Shown here in pieces: positions 27,035 to 36,539 of a stretch of DNA of 64,000 nt. Source of the DNA: Candidatus Caldarchaeales archaeon (GTDB taxonomy: Archaea > Thermoproteota > Nitrososphaeria_A > Caldarchaeales > Calditenuaceae); the NCBI GenBank assembly GCA_039630085.1, contig JBCNVM010000006.1, positions 1 to 64,000 on the forward strand. The letters are read 5' to 3'. The notes beneath the pieces are model-generated. The model made no database searches. It saw only the letters and a program-made list of their open reading frames with translations, and had not been told where the DNA came from. Every line of letters begins with the position of its first letter. Position 1 is the first letter of the stretch. Position numbers and translations under genes: made by a program.

Positions 27035-28141
27035 ATGAAGGACAGCGGGCCCGGGAAGTCGGTCTACAGGGCCGACAAGGAGAAGGAGGAGGTCCTCAAG
27101 GGGCTGAAGGCGCTCGGGACCAGGATTGTCAACGACCTGAAGAGGGAGAGATGGCCCTCGGTTGAGCTGCCCCTCAGGACGACCAAGAACATCGTCTACG
27201 ACGCGGACCTCAGGCAGTACGTGCTCGGGCCGAAGAAGGCCGTCAGGACCCTCAGCAACATCAGGCACGTCAGGCCCTTCGCGCAGATGGTGTGGTTGAT
27301 GAAGTTCTCCAAGCAGCTGATCGAGTCGGGGAAGACGTCGACCCTCAGGGACACCTACTACGTCGCGCTGGGCGAGAACGTCGACTTCGAGGACCAGGAC
27401 GAGAGCGACGACATCATCTTGGAGCTGGAGAGCGTGCTCGGGCACCCGAGGGAGGACTTCAACATCTTCCCGGAGGAGAGGGCCTCGATATACGGGGACC
27501 TCGTGATCGAGTACACCGTTCCCGGCTTCAGGGGGAACAGAGTAGACCTCTCGACGCACCCGGACGGATACGCGATCGGTCCGGCCCTCACGACCGCCGA
27601 GTTCGTCAGGTGCGGGGCAGAGATGGTCTTCGTGATCGAGAAGGGCGCGGTCTTCAGCAGGTTCGTCGAGGAGAGGGCCGACAGGAAGTTCAAGGCGCTC
27701 CTGATCCACACCGCCGGTCAGTCGCCGAGGAACTGCAGGAAGCTGATCAGGAGGCTGAGGGAGGAGCTGGACCTCCCGATCTACGTCTTCACCGACGCCG
27801 ACCCCTACGGCGTCCACATAGCCTCGGTCCTGATCCACGGATCAGCGCTCTCCGCGCACATCAAGCAGATCAACGTCCCCGACGCGATCTGGGCCGGCGT
27901 CTACGCGACTGACATCACGAAGTACAAGCTGCCCTCGATGAAGTTCACCGATGTCGACGAGAAGAGGCTCTCGGAGCTCCTGGAGGACCCCAGGTATCAG
28001 GCCGACCCCTGGAGGAGGGAGGTGAAGTACTTCGAGAAGCTGAAGAGGAAGGCGGAGCTCGAGGCCTTCTCGAAGTACGGGCTCGAGTTCATCGTGAAGG
28101 ACTTCCTTCCTGAGAGGCTAGCGGAGCTCCAGAAGCGGTGA
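27035..28141 (+). CDS. top6A: DNA topoisomerase VI subunit A (Spo11-like)
   Basis: TLRDTYY (catalytic Tyr), QDESD, VIEKGAVF, FTDADPYG Toprim DxD, KAELEAF. ATG 27035 preferred. Confidence 0.93.
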   Translation: MKDSGPGKSVYRADKEKEEVLKGLKALGTRIVNDLKRERWPSVELPLRTTKNIVYDADLRQYVLGPKKAVRTLSNIRHVRPFAQMVWLMKFSKQLIESGKTSTLRDTYYVALGENVDFEDQDESDDIILELESVLGHPREDFNIFPEERASIYGDLVIEYTVPGFRGNRVDLSTHPDGYAIGPALTTAEFVRCGAEMVFVIEKGAVFSRFVEERADRKFKALLIHTAGQSPRNCRKLIRRLREELDLPIYVFTDADPYGVHIASVLIHGSALSAHIKQINVPDAIWAGVYATDITKYKLPSMKFTDVDEKRLSELLEDPRYQADPWRREVKYFEKLKRKAELEAFSKYGLEFIVKDFLPERLAELQKR

Positions 28142-28176
28142 GTTATTAGGCCGGCGGGGCGTAACGCTCTTGGGTA

Positions 28177-28986
28177 TTGGTGCTGAGGTTCGCGGGCGAG
28201 GGGCCGGCCGTCCTGATAGAGAGCTCGGGGAGGAGGTACCTGCTGGTCTCGGACGTCCACCTGGGCTACGAGCTGGAGCTCGCGAGCAAGGGCGTTAGGG
28301 TCCCCCCGCAGGCCCCCAAGGTCACCAGGCGCCTCCTCGAGCTGGGCGAGGAGTCCGGAGCCGAGGTGCTGGTCCTGCTGGGCGACGTCAAGCACAGGGT
28401 CACCGGCGTGAGCTGGAGGGAGGAGGTGGGCGTGAGGGCGATGCTCGCGGAGCTCAGCAGGAGGTTCGAGGAGGTGGTAGTCCTCCCGGGGAACCACGAC
28501 GCCGGCATCTCGGAGCTCGTGAAGGGCACCGCGAGCCTCGCGGGGAGCAGGGGCATCAGGATCGGGGGCTACTGGGTGATGCACGGCCACACATGGCCCC
28601 TCCCCGAGTCGCTGGACGCTGACGCCTACGTCATCGGGCACACGCACCCGACCGCGGTGATCAGGACGCCCGAGGGGAGCTTCAGGATGAGGGTGAACCT
28701 AGTCCTGAGGGGCTCGAGGTCCAAGCTCGCGAGGGCGGTCGCCACTAGGCCCGGCTACGCCGAGGTCCTCGAGGGGCGGAGGCCGAGGGGGACGGTCAAG
28801 CTGCTGGTGCTGGCGCACTTCAGCCCGATGGCCCCGGGCGTCGACGTGGCGGAGCTCCCCGGTTCCCCGCGGACCAGCCCGCTCCTGAGGTCCGGCGCCT
28901 TCGACGTCTCTGAGGCCGACGTCCTTAGCACCTCCGGCGAGCTGCTGGGGAGGCTGGCAGAGCTTGGGGTCGAGGAGGAGGCCTGA
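28177..28986 (+). CDS. Calcineurin-like metallophosphoesterase (COG1407 type)
   Basis: SDVHLG, LGDVKH, GNHD, MHGH, GHTHP. Confidence 0.88.
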   Translation: MVLRFAGEGPAVLIESSGRRYLLVSDVHLGYELELASKGVRVPPQAPKVTRRLLELGEESGAEVLVLLGDVKHRVTGVSWREEVGVRAMLAELSRRFEEVVVLPGNHDAGISELVKGTASLAGSRGIRIGGYWVMHGHTWPLPESLDADAYVIGHTHPTAVIRTPEGSFRMRVNLVLRGSRSKLARAVATRPGYAEVLEGRRPRGTVKLLVLAHFSPMAPGVDVAELPGSPRTSPLLRSGAFDVSEADVLSTSGELLGRLAELGVEEEA

Positions 28987-29287
28987 GCCCGAGGAGGAGG
29001 CGAGGAAGCTCGCGGAGGAGGGCAGGGTCAAGCGGTACGTCTTCAGGCCGAGCGGCCGCGTCGTCTGGGTCGTCGTGGGGAGGAGGAGGGAGTACATCGT
29101 GATGCCCGAGGTAAACTACTGCACCTGCGACGACTACTACTTCAGGGTGATCGGGGGCCAGAAGCCCTCGTGCTACCACATAGCCGCCGTGAGGACCGCG
29201 ATCTCCGAGGGGAGCTACGTCGAGGTCGAGGAGGAGGACAGATGGTTCTGGCACCTCCTCGACGAATGGCTCGGCTGGAGCGGGTGA
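28964..29287 (+). CDS. SWIM zinc-finger protein
   Basis: VWVVVGRRREY..YCTCDDY..CYHIAAV (CxC..CxH). Confidence 0.82.
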   Translation: MGSRRRPEPEEEARKLAEEGRVKRYVFRPSGRVVWVVVGRRREYIVMPEVNYCTCDDYYFRVIGGQKPSCYHIAAVRTAISEGSYVEVEEEDRWFWHLLDEWLGWSG

Positions 29288-29808
29288 GCGGGCCGGGGCT
29301 TATTCCGGGCGAAGCGCGTCCCTCCGGGTCCCACGGGGGCCTTCGCTTCACGACTCTCTGAGCCTCGGTAGCCCGAGGGCCTCACCCTCCATACCCAGAC
29401 GAAGCTCGTGAGGAGGTTGACGGAGAAGGCGACCACGACCGCGAGGAAGTAAGAGACCAGGTGGTTGACCAGCAGGACTTTGTTCAGCAGGTAGAAGGTC
29501 GCGAGGTTCACCGCGACGCTTCCGGCCCTCGAGACGTGGAACTTCAGCAGCCTGACCGCGAACCCGTTGCCGGGGTTTCCACCCGCGCCGAAGGTCCACC
29601 TGTCGTTGATGAGGAAGTTCGCGAAGATCGTGACCTCTGTGACTAGGACGGCGCTGACGAACGACTCCGCGCCGAGCAGGTCCACCATCCCGAACATCAT
29701 CGCCTCGGCGAGTGCGAGCGTCGCGACCCCGACCGCCACGAACCTGTACGTTCTCCGGTCCTTGAGCAGTGCGAGTCCGTAGGACCAGGCGACCCTGAGG
29801 GTCCTCAA
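29215..29808 (-). CDS. GtrA-family small membrane protein (putative lipid-sugar flippase)
   Basis: RFVAVG, ANFLINDRWTF, LLKFHVS, four TM helices. C-terminal tail looks non-conserved. Confidence 0.8.
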   Translation of the reverse strand: MRTLRVAWSYGLALLKDRRTYRFVAVGVATLALAEAMMFGMVDLLGAESFVSAVLVTEVTIFANFLINDRWTFGAGGNPGNGFAVRLLKFHVSRAGSVAVNLATFYLLNKVLLVNHLVSYFLAVVVAFSVNLLTSFVWVWRVRPSGYRGSESREAKAPVGPGGTRFARNKPRPAHPLQPSHSSRRCQNHLSSSSTST

Positions 29809-30656
29809 CCCGTGGCCCCCTCGTAGAGCGACCTGAGCACGGAGAGGTCCCTAGCGTAGTCCCCGTGCTCGTCCTCCGGCGTCTCGATTATCATCGGGAG
29901 CCTCGTAAGCTTCGGGTGGTTGACTATCCTCCTGAAGCCCTCCCTCCCGATCTTGCCGAGGCCTATGTGCTCGTGCCTGTCGAGCCTGCTCCCGAGGCCG
30001 CCCTTCGAGTCGTTGAGGTGGAGGACCTTGAGGTCTCCGATCCCGACCAGCTCGTCGAAGGACCTCAGGGTCTCCTCGAGGCCGGACGCGGACCTGATGT
30101 CGTAGCCGGCCGCGTAGAGGTGACACGTGTCGAGGCAGACTCCCACCCTGTCCCTGAAGGAGAGCCTCCCGAGGATCTCCCTGATCTCCTCGAACCTCGA
30201 ACCGACGCTCCCCTTCTGCCCCGCCATGTTCTCGAGTAGGAGCACGCACTTCGGGTCGACCTCGCCGATCGCCCTGTCGACCGCCTTCACGACCTGAGAC
30301 ATGCCGACCTCAACTCCCTTCCCCAGGTGGCTCCCCAAGTGGCAGACGAGGTACTCGATGCCCAGCGCGTCGCACCTCTTCAGCTCCTCGACCAGCGACC
30401 TGACCGACCTCTCCCATCCCTCCTTCACCGGCGAGGCGATGTTGGGGAGGTAGGGCATGTGGGCCACGACGACCTCGTAACCCGCCTCTTTCCTCCGCCT
30501 CCTGAACTCCTCGACCTCTGCGTCCTTCAGCCTCCCGGCCCTCCAGCCCCTGGGGTTCCTCGTGAAGATCTGGAACGTCGTGCACCCGAGCTCCTGGGCC
30601 CTTTCGACCGACTTCGCGATCGACCCGGCGATCGAGACGTGCGCGCCCAGCAGCAT
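29805..30656 (-). CDS. nfo: Endonuclease IV (AP endonuclease)
   Basis: GAHVSIAG, FQIFTRNPRGW, HMPYLPN, LLENMAG, CLDTCH, HLNDSK, DRHEHIG, IETP. Confidence 0.95.
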   Translation of the reverse strand: MLLGAHVSIAGSIAKSVERAQELGCTTFQIFTRNPRGWRAGRLKDAEVEEFRRRRKEAGYEVVVAHMPYLPNIASPVKEGWERSVRSLVEELKRCDALGIEYLVCHLGSHLGKGVEVGMSQVVKAVDRAIGEVDPKCVLLLENMAGQKGSVGSRFEEIREILGRLSFRDRVGVCLDTCHLYAAGYDIRSASGLEETLRSFDELVGIGDLKVLHLNDSKGGLGSRLDRHEHIGLGKIGREGFRRIVNHPKLTRLPMIIETPEDEHGDYARDLSVLRSLYEGATG

Positions 30657-30713
30657 CCGATTCCACCTGCCCCTTACACCATAAATGCTTGTCCCGGCGG
30701 CCCGGACGTGTCA

Positions 30714-32426
30714 TCAGAGCAGGAGCGGGATCAGGAACGACGAGCCCATCAGCGCGAGGTAGACGGCGATCGACCTCTGCGTCAGCCCCGACAGCCTCTC
30801 GAGCGCGTCGCCGCTTAGGGCTGGCACGTCCCTGTGGGCCGCCTCGACTACCGAGACCTCGGCCTCCTCCAGCGATCTCAGTGCATCCCTCGCGAGCCGC
30901 CTCAGCCTCTCCGCGACGGCGCCCGCGCTCACCGACTCCCCTATCGTCCTGTAGCCCCTTCCGCCCAGCTTCACGCCGTTCACCGAGTGCGTGTCGGTCG
31001 TGAGGAACTCCACCGCGTCCCAGCCCTCCCCCCTCACGGCCTCGAGGACTAAGGGCCTCACCTCCGGGAGCGCGTTGTTCCCGTCGACGACCGCCATCGC
31101 GAGCCTGTATCCGTTCACCTCCAGCCCGAAGACCGACATCCCTGAGGGCCCCATGCCCTCGGTCGGGCCGAGGTCCTCGGGCACCTCCCTCGCGAGCGCC
31201 ACCTTCGGCCTTCCCGTCACCCGGGCCGATGAGCTCAGGAACCGATCAAGTGCCGCCCTGATCCCAGACAGCTCCCGGTCGGAGAGGCCGTTGTAGCCGT
31301 CCATGAAGGAGTTGTGAGGGTCGATCAGCCTTACGCCTCTGCCGGTGAAGGGCTCCTCGAGGGACTTTGGGAAGTCCTCCATCGGCATCGGGTGGAGCGT
31401 GGCAACGACGAACGTCCTCCCGCACGCCTCGATGCCCACCAAGGTGACGCCGTCGACCTCGCGCTGAGGGAGGATCGACGCGGTCCGGGAGGGAGGACCA
31501 GCGTGACCCGCGACGGAGTCCGCGACCTCAGCCACCACCCTCCTCACGGACCCCGAGTCAGCGACGTCCGCGTCGTGCCCCGCGCAGCCCTTCAGCACTA
31601 GGGCCTCGAAGCCGCGTCTCGAGAGCTCCAGCTCGACCTGGTAGTTCAGCATCGAGCTCCCGACGTTCCTGAAGGGGCCGAAGTGGAAGTCGGTCACGAC
31701 CAGCGCCAGCCTCTTGCCAGAGGCCGTCCTGAAGACAATCGCGGTCGACGCGAAGTCCCTCCTCTCCGAGAGGAGCATCAGCTCCCGCTCGAGGCGTCCC
31801 GGGTCTCCCGCGAGGATCGTCCTCGCGAAGCCCCTCGCGAGCCTGAGGGGCGTGGTCCCTGAGAAGCCGGCGGAGAGCGCTGCGAGCGAAGCAGCGGGCG
31901 CGAAGAACGTCGCGGCGAGTGAAATCGCGACCGGGTGGTGGAGCTCGGGCCGCGGCGCCGCGACCAGATACCTCACGAGGACCTCGGCCACACCGACGGC
32001 GTAGCCCCTGAGGGGGCCCTCGAAGGCCGCCAGCACGGTGACCCTGACGTACCCGGAGAGCGAGACCGACGCGAGGTAGGCCCTCCAGGTCCCCTGATCG
32101 TTTTGGGCTAGGACCGAGTAGCCCGCGCCCGCCAGAGAGGCCGCAAGACCGAAGTAGTTCTCCAGGAGGGTGAGCATGTTGAGCCTCCTGAGCGTGACGA
32201 CCCTCGAGCCCGCGTAAACGGTCCTCGAGGAGACCAAGTTGACGGCCATGGGGAGCAAGGCCATCCACGAGGCCCAGACGACCAGTTCGGTCGGGGAGAG
32301 GACTGCCAGCTCGACGACCAGCGCGGTCGCGAGGGCCGTCGCGAGGACCAGTAGGGGGGCGAAGTCAGCGCCTGGGGGCCTGAAGAGGAACCTGTACTTT
32401 GAGGCGATCCCCGAGGCGTCGACCAA
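30714..32426 (-). CDS. DUF2070 family membrane protein
   Basis: N-terminal TM bundle, HFGPFRNVGSS, IDPHNS, DGNN, TTDTHSVN, C-terminal TM. Confidence 0.8.
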   Translation of the reverse strand: MVDASGIASKYRFLFRPPGADFAPLLVLATALATALVVELAVLSPTELVVWASWMALLPMAVNLVSSRTVYAGSRVVTLRRLNMLTLLENYFGLAASLAGAGYSVLAQNDQGTWRAYLASVSLSGYVRVTVLAAFEGPLRGYAVGVAEVLVRYLVAAPRPELHHPVAISLAATFFAPAASLAALSAGFSGTTPLRLARGFARTILAGDPGRLERELMLLSERRDFASTAIVFRTASGKRLALVVTDFHFGPFRNVGSSMLNYQVELELSRRGFEALVLKGCAGHDADVADSGSVRRVVAEVADSVAGHAGPPSRTASILPQREVDGVTLVGIEACGRTFVVATLHPMPMEDFPKSLEEPFTGRGVRLIDPHNSFMDGYNGLSDRELSGIRAALDRFLSSSARVTGRPKVALAREVPEDLGPTEGMGPSGMSVFGLEVNGYRLAMAVVDGNNALPEVRPLVLEAVRGEGWDAVEFLTTDTHSVNGVKLGGRGYRTIGESVSAGAVAERLRRLARDALRSLEEAEVSVVEAAHRDVPALSGDALERLSGLTQRSIAVYLALMGSSFLIPLLL

Positions 32427-32489
32427 CCCGGACGGCCACGAGGGACGCTCACTATATCCATGACGTCACGGCCTCCACAGGTCGACGGA

Positions 32490-34217
32490 TCACTTCGGCG
32501 AGTGACCCTTCAGATCTACGACCGGCTTCGGCGAGAAGCCAGGGGGGTATATCGTCTCCTCGAGCGGCCTGCCGGGGGGGACCATCGGGAATACCTTCTC
32601 GTCCCTGCTCACCGGGACGTCCAGAACCACGGCCTGCTCGCTCCTGACCGCCCTCCTGACGTGGGAGACCAGCTCGCCGTAGTCCTGGACGAAGTGAGCC
32701 TCGACCCCGAAGGCCTCCGAGAGCTTGACGAGGTTGGTGATGTCGGTGAAGTCGACGTCCTTGTACCTCCTCCTGTAGAAGAGGTCCTGCCACTGCCTGA
32801 CCATCCCGAGGCTCCTGTTGTCGAAGATCACCGTGATCACGGGGACGTCGTTCTCGGCCACGTTCGCGAGCGTCTGACAAGTCATCAGGAAGCTCCCGTC
32901 GCCGTCGAGGTTCACGACCACCCTGTTGGGCGCGGCGACCTTCGCCCCGAACGCCGCCGGGAGACCGAAGCCCATCGTCCCCAGCCCCGCGCTGGTGATG
33001 AACGTCCCGGGCTCTAGGACCCTGTAGAAGAGCTGGGCCCACATCTGGTGCTGCCCGACGCCTGTCGTCACGATCGCGGACCTCGGGAGCTCGTCCCTGA
33101 GGAGCTTGACGACCTTCCAAGAGTAGAGCGCCCCGGAGTCCTCCTGGGAAAGCATGTACTCGTCGTAGGCGGCGCCGACCCCCTTCAGCCTCGGTATCCA
33201 GCCCGGGTCCACGTTCGACCTCCCCGACCTGAGAGCCCTGAGCAGCGACCTCAGCGCGGCCCTGCAGTCCGCCTGGACGAAGACGTCTGGCTTGACGACC
33301 TTCGAGTTCTCCGAGGAATCAACGTCGACGTGTATCAGGGACTTACCCTTCCTGAACTCGCCCGCGGGGCCTATGGCCCTGTCCGAGAGCCTCGTCCCCA
33401 CCGCGATCACGAGGTCGGCCTCCACCATCGCGAGGTTCGCCTCGACCCTTCCGTGCATCCCCACCACGCCGAGCACGTTCGGATGGTCCTCGGGCACGGA
33501 GGTCTTCCCGGGCGTGGTGGTCACTACTGGGGCCACGATCCTCCCGGAGAGCTCGAGGACCTCGTCGGTGGCGCCGCTCGACCAGACGCCTCCCCCGACG
33601 AGTATCAGCGGCCTCCTCGACCGAGCTATCAGCTCCGCTGCCCTCGAGACCGCCTCCTCGCTCGGCTCCGGCGGCGTCCTCGCGAAGCCCGGCTCGGGCT
33701 CGACCGTCAGCTCCTCGCTCACCTCCTCTTGGAAGACGTCCCTCGGAACGTCGACCAGCGTCGGGCCGGCTCGCGGCGACGTGGCGCAGAAGTAGGCGTT
33801 CGCGAACTCCACGGAGAGCCTCTCGGGTCGGAGGACGGTCGTCGCGTACTTGACGTGAGGCAGGACCATGCTGACGATGTCCGACTCCTGGAACGCGTCG
33901 GTGCCCATGAAGGGCCTCGTCACCTGCCCTGTGACCGCGACGAGGGGCGCGCTGTCCATCGACGCGTTGACCAGCCCGGTGATCAGGTTGGTCGCTCCGG
34001 GGCCAGAGGTCGCGGAAGCGATTCCGGGCCTCCTCTTCACCCTGGCGTATCCCTCGGCCGCGTGGGCAGCCTGCTGCTCGTGCCTCATCAGGTAGCTCCT
34101 GATCTCCGAGTCGAGGAGCGCGTCGTAGAAGGGGAGGTTCGCCCCACCCGGTATGCCGAAGACCGCCTCCACCCCGAGCTCCTCCATCGCCCTCACGAGC
34201 TTCTTCGCCGCGTTCAC
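32490..34217 (-). CDS. ilvB: Acetolactate synthase large subunit
   Basis: FGIPGG, MRHEQ, TSGPGATN, DAFQE, GQHQMW, GTMGFGLP, GDGSF..N, LGMVRQWQ. GTG 34217 overlaps the leuA stop (GTGA). Confidence 0.93.
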   Translation of the reverse strand: MNAAKKLVRAMEELGVEAVFGIPGGANLPFYDALLDSEIRSYLMRHEQQAAHAAEGYARVKRRPGIASATSGPGATNLITGLVNASMDSAPLVAVTGQVTRPFMGTDAFQESDIVSMVLPHVKYATTVLRPERLSVEFANAYFCATSPRAGPTLVDVPRDVFQEEVSEELTVEPEPGFARTPPEPSEEAVSRAAELIARSRRPLILVGGGVWSSGATDEVLELSGRIVAPVVTTTPGKTSVPEDHPNVLGVVGMHGRVEANLAMVEADLVIAVGTRLSDRAIGPAGEFRKGKSLIHVDVDSSENSKVVKPDVFVQADCRAALRSLLRALRSGRSNVDPGWIPRLKGVGAAYDEYMLSQEDSGALYSWKVVKLLRDELPRSAIVTTGVGQHQMWAQLFYRVLEPGTFITSAGLGTMGFGLPAAFGAKVAAPNRVVVNLDGDGSFLMTCQTLANVAENDVPVITVIFDNRSLGMVRQWQDLFYRRRYKDVDFTDITNLVKLSEAFGVEAHFVQDYGELVSHVRRAVRSEQAVVLDVPVSRDEKVFPMVPPGRPLEETIYPPGFSPKPVVDLKGHSPK

Positions 34218-35758
34218 GACCCACCACCGGCCCTCGAGCTCAGGACCTGCGAGACCGCGCCGCCCACCGCCATCGCGACTGCCATCGCCGGGTCGTGGGC
34301 CAGACCCCTCCCGATGAGCGTAGACCCGTTGAACCTTACGACCACTTCGGCCTCCGCGGGGCACCTGTCAGTGTTCGGCGGGACGTAGACGGAGTACTCG
34401 ACCACCTCCATCGGGCCCAAGACCCTCGAGACGACGTTCGCGACGGCCGAGATCGACGCCGAGACCGGCGACCTGCCCCTCCCGAATCCCTTGACGCGCT
34501 CGCCCCCGATGGAGACCTCGACCTCGCCCGAGACCTCCTGGCCGTCGGCCCTCACCAAGACCGAGACGACCTCGAGGGGCTGCGAAGAAACCAGCGAAGG
34601 TTCGTCCTTGACGAGCCTTAGCAGGAGCTGTTCGGTGAGCCTCGCGCCCGTGTCGGCCACCTCCTTCACCCTCTCCAGGACCTTCTTCCCCTCCTCGAGG
34701 CTCAGCTCGAAGCCGTGCTGCCTGAGGACCTCGACCACCGCGTGGGTCCCCGAGTGCTTCCCGACGACTATCCTCCTCCTCTTCCCGACCAGCTCAGGGG
34801 TTATCGGCTCGTAGGTGAGGGGGTTGTTGATGACTCCGTGGACGTGGATCCCGCTCTCGTGGCTGAAGGCGTGGTCCCCGACGATCGCCTTGTTACGCTG
34901 GACGACCATCCCCGTCAAGCCCGAGACCAGCCTCGAGACGGCCGCGAGCCTGCTCAGGTCGATCCCGCAGTCGACCCCGTAGAGGACCTTCAGGGCCACG
35001 ACCACCTCCTCGAGGCTAGCGTTCCCAGCCCTCTCGCCGATCCCGTTGACCGTGACGTGGACGATCTCCGCTCCGCCCTCCACGCCCGCGATCGTGTTGG
35101 CGGTCGCGAGGCCCATGTCGTCGTGGCAATGGACCGCCACCGGAAGGCCCGTGGCCTCCCTCACCTCCCTCGCCAGCTCCCTCATCACAAGCGGTATCGC
35201 GACTCCCACCGTGTCGGGGATGTCGAGGCTGTCCGCGCCCGCCTCAGCGGCCCCCCTGTAGACCCTGAGGAGGAAGGACCTCTCGGACCTCGTAGCGTCC
35301 TCGCAGGAGAAGTGGACCTCCACGCCACGCGACTTCGCGTACTCGACGCTCTCCACCGCCGCCTCGTAAACCTGCTCCGGCGTCATCCTGAGCTTGTGCC
35401 TCATGTGGATCTCCGAGGTCGCGATGAAGACGTGGACCCAGTCGACCCCCGCGTCCACCGCCCGATCGATGTCCCTCCTGTCGCACCTCGCCAGCGCGCA
35501 GACCTTCGGCCCTAGCCCCAGCCTCGAGATCTCCTTCACCGCCACCTGCTCGCCCCTCGAGACGGCCGGGTATCCGGCCTCGATCACCGCGACCCCGAGC
35601 TCGGCGAGCGCCCTGGCGACCTCGACCTTCTCCTCCATCCTCAGCGAGACTCCGGGCGACTGCTCGCCGTCCCTCAGCGTCGTGTCGAAGACCTGCACCC
35701 TCTCGGGGAGGAGAGGGAATGCGTCCCGGATCACGCTGCTCCACGACATCTCCACCAC
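34214..35758 (-). CDS. leuA: 2-isopropylmalate synthase (LeuA, DRE-TIM family)
   Basis: FDTTLRDGEQSPG, EDATRS, PDTVG, HCHDD.G, GIGERAGNA, HESGIH, GKHSG; in an operon with ilvB. Start is GTG 35758 or ATG 35749. Confidence 0.82.
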   Translation of the reverse strand: MVEMSWSSVIRDAFPLLPERVQVFDTTLRDGEQSPGVSLRMEEKVEVARALAELGVAVIEAGYPAVSRGEQVAVKEISRLGLGPKVCALARCDRRDIDRAVDAGVDWVHVFIATSEIHMRHKLRMTPEQVYEAAVESVEYAKSRGVEVHFSCEDATRSERSFLLRVYRGAAEAGADSLDIPDTVGVAIPLVMRELAREVREATGLPVAVHCHDDMGLATANTIAGVEGGAEIVHVTVNGIGERAGNASLEEVVVALKVLYGVDCGIDLSRLAAVSRLVSGLTGMVVQRNKAIVGDHAFSHESGIHVHGVINNPLTYEPITPELVGKRRRIVVGKHSGTHAVVEVLRQHGFELSLEEGKKVLERVKEVADTGARLTEQLLLRLVKDEPSLVSSQPLEVVSVLVRADGQEVSGEVEVSIGGERVKGFGRGRSPVSASISAVANVVSRVLGPMEVVEYSVYVPPNTDRCPAEAEVVVRFNGSTLIGRGLAHDPAMAVAMAVGGAVSQVLSSRAGGGS

Positions 35759-35759
35759 C

Positions 35760-35873
35760 TCAGAGGAGGAGCGCCGGCGGCAGGGAGAAGCGGCGAGACG
35801 CGAACTCGCTCGGCTCCGCGACGCGGCAGTTCCGAACTCCCGTCAACCTACGTGCCCGAGCAATAGGCACCAC
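35760..35873 (-). promoter_or_regulatory. Putative leucine leader uORF (…FSLPPALLL*) abutting the leuA ribosome-binding site
   Basis: GTG 35873/35870 or TTG 35846 is open to TGA at 35762-35760; the last three codons are CTC CTC CTC. TATA box (TATAAAT) at about 35903-35909. Confidence 0.4.
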
Positions 35874-35960
35874 CGGCTTGCATCGACGCGGAAACGGCTC
35901 CGATTTATACCTTCTCAGACAGACGACGATCGCGGATGATCGGTGGGTAGCTGCTTAATT

Positions 35961-36242
35961 ATGACGCCGAGCCCTCTCCCGGTGTTGAGGGAGCCGAGGT
36001 TTCAGGTCGAGGTGAAGCATTCCTCGAGGGCCCTCAGGGTGGAGAGGCAGCTCGTCGAGGAGCTGAAGGGCACGCTGGGTGCGAAGATGATCACCAGGAT
36101 GAGGAAGGAGTACGTCGACTGTCCAGTCGCGAGGGCTCAGCTCCCCTTCCTGATCTGCTACAACTGCGTCTCGTTCATCAGGAGGGTCTCGGGGGTGGTC
36201 CACTGCGAGGGGAAGGAGCAGAGGCTGAGGGGCAGGGCATGA
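35961..36242 (+). CDS. Conserved hypothetical protein with four Cys (putative Zn binding)
   Basis: RMRKEYVDCPV..FLICYNC.SFIRRVSGVVHC; host-like codon usage. Confidence 0.7.
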   Translation: MTPSPLPVLREPRFQVEVKHSSRALRVERQLVEELKGTLGAKMITRMRKEYVDCPVARAQLPFLICYNCVSFIRRVSGVVHCEGKEQRLRGRA

Positions 36243-36508
36243 ACCAAGGGATGGTCCTCTCGGGGCTGGTCACCGCGGTCTTCGGCGTGATATTCCTCCT
36301 GATGGGCTTCATCCCCCTCGGCGCCCTGATCGTGGTCGGGATCGCTTTGTTCATCGCCGGAATAGGCGCGCCCCCCTCCGAGCCGGTGACCCCGGAGGAC
36401 CCGACGAAGAAGTTCTGCTGGTACTGCATGGAGGAGATCGAGAAGGACGCGAAGACCTGTCCCTACTGCGGCTTGGAACAGATTGAGGAGGGGACCAAGC
36501 GGGGATAG
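36239..36508 (+). CDS. Small 2-TM protein with C-terminal zinc ribbon
   Basis: Two hydrophobic helices then FCWYC..TCPYCG; ATGA overlap with the upstream gene. Confidence 0.75.
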   Translation: MNQGMVLSGLVTAVFGVIFLLMGFIPLGALIVVGIALFIAGIGAPPSEPVTPEDPTKKFCWYCMEEIEKDAKTCPYCGLEQIEEGTKRG

Positions 36509-36539
36509 AATTAAAGCGGGCTGGCGGGCTGATAGGGGC

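Noticed and set aside
29215-29360. GtrA C-terminal extension overlapping the convergent SWIM gene by 73 nt
   Set aside because: Probably neutral stop-codon drift in a GC-rich genome; the tail has no recognisable motif.
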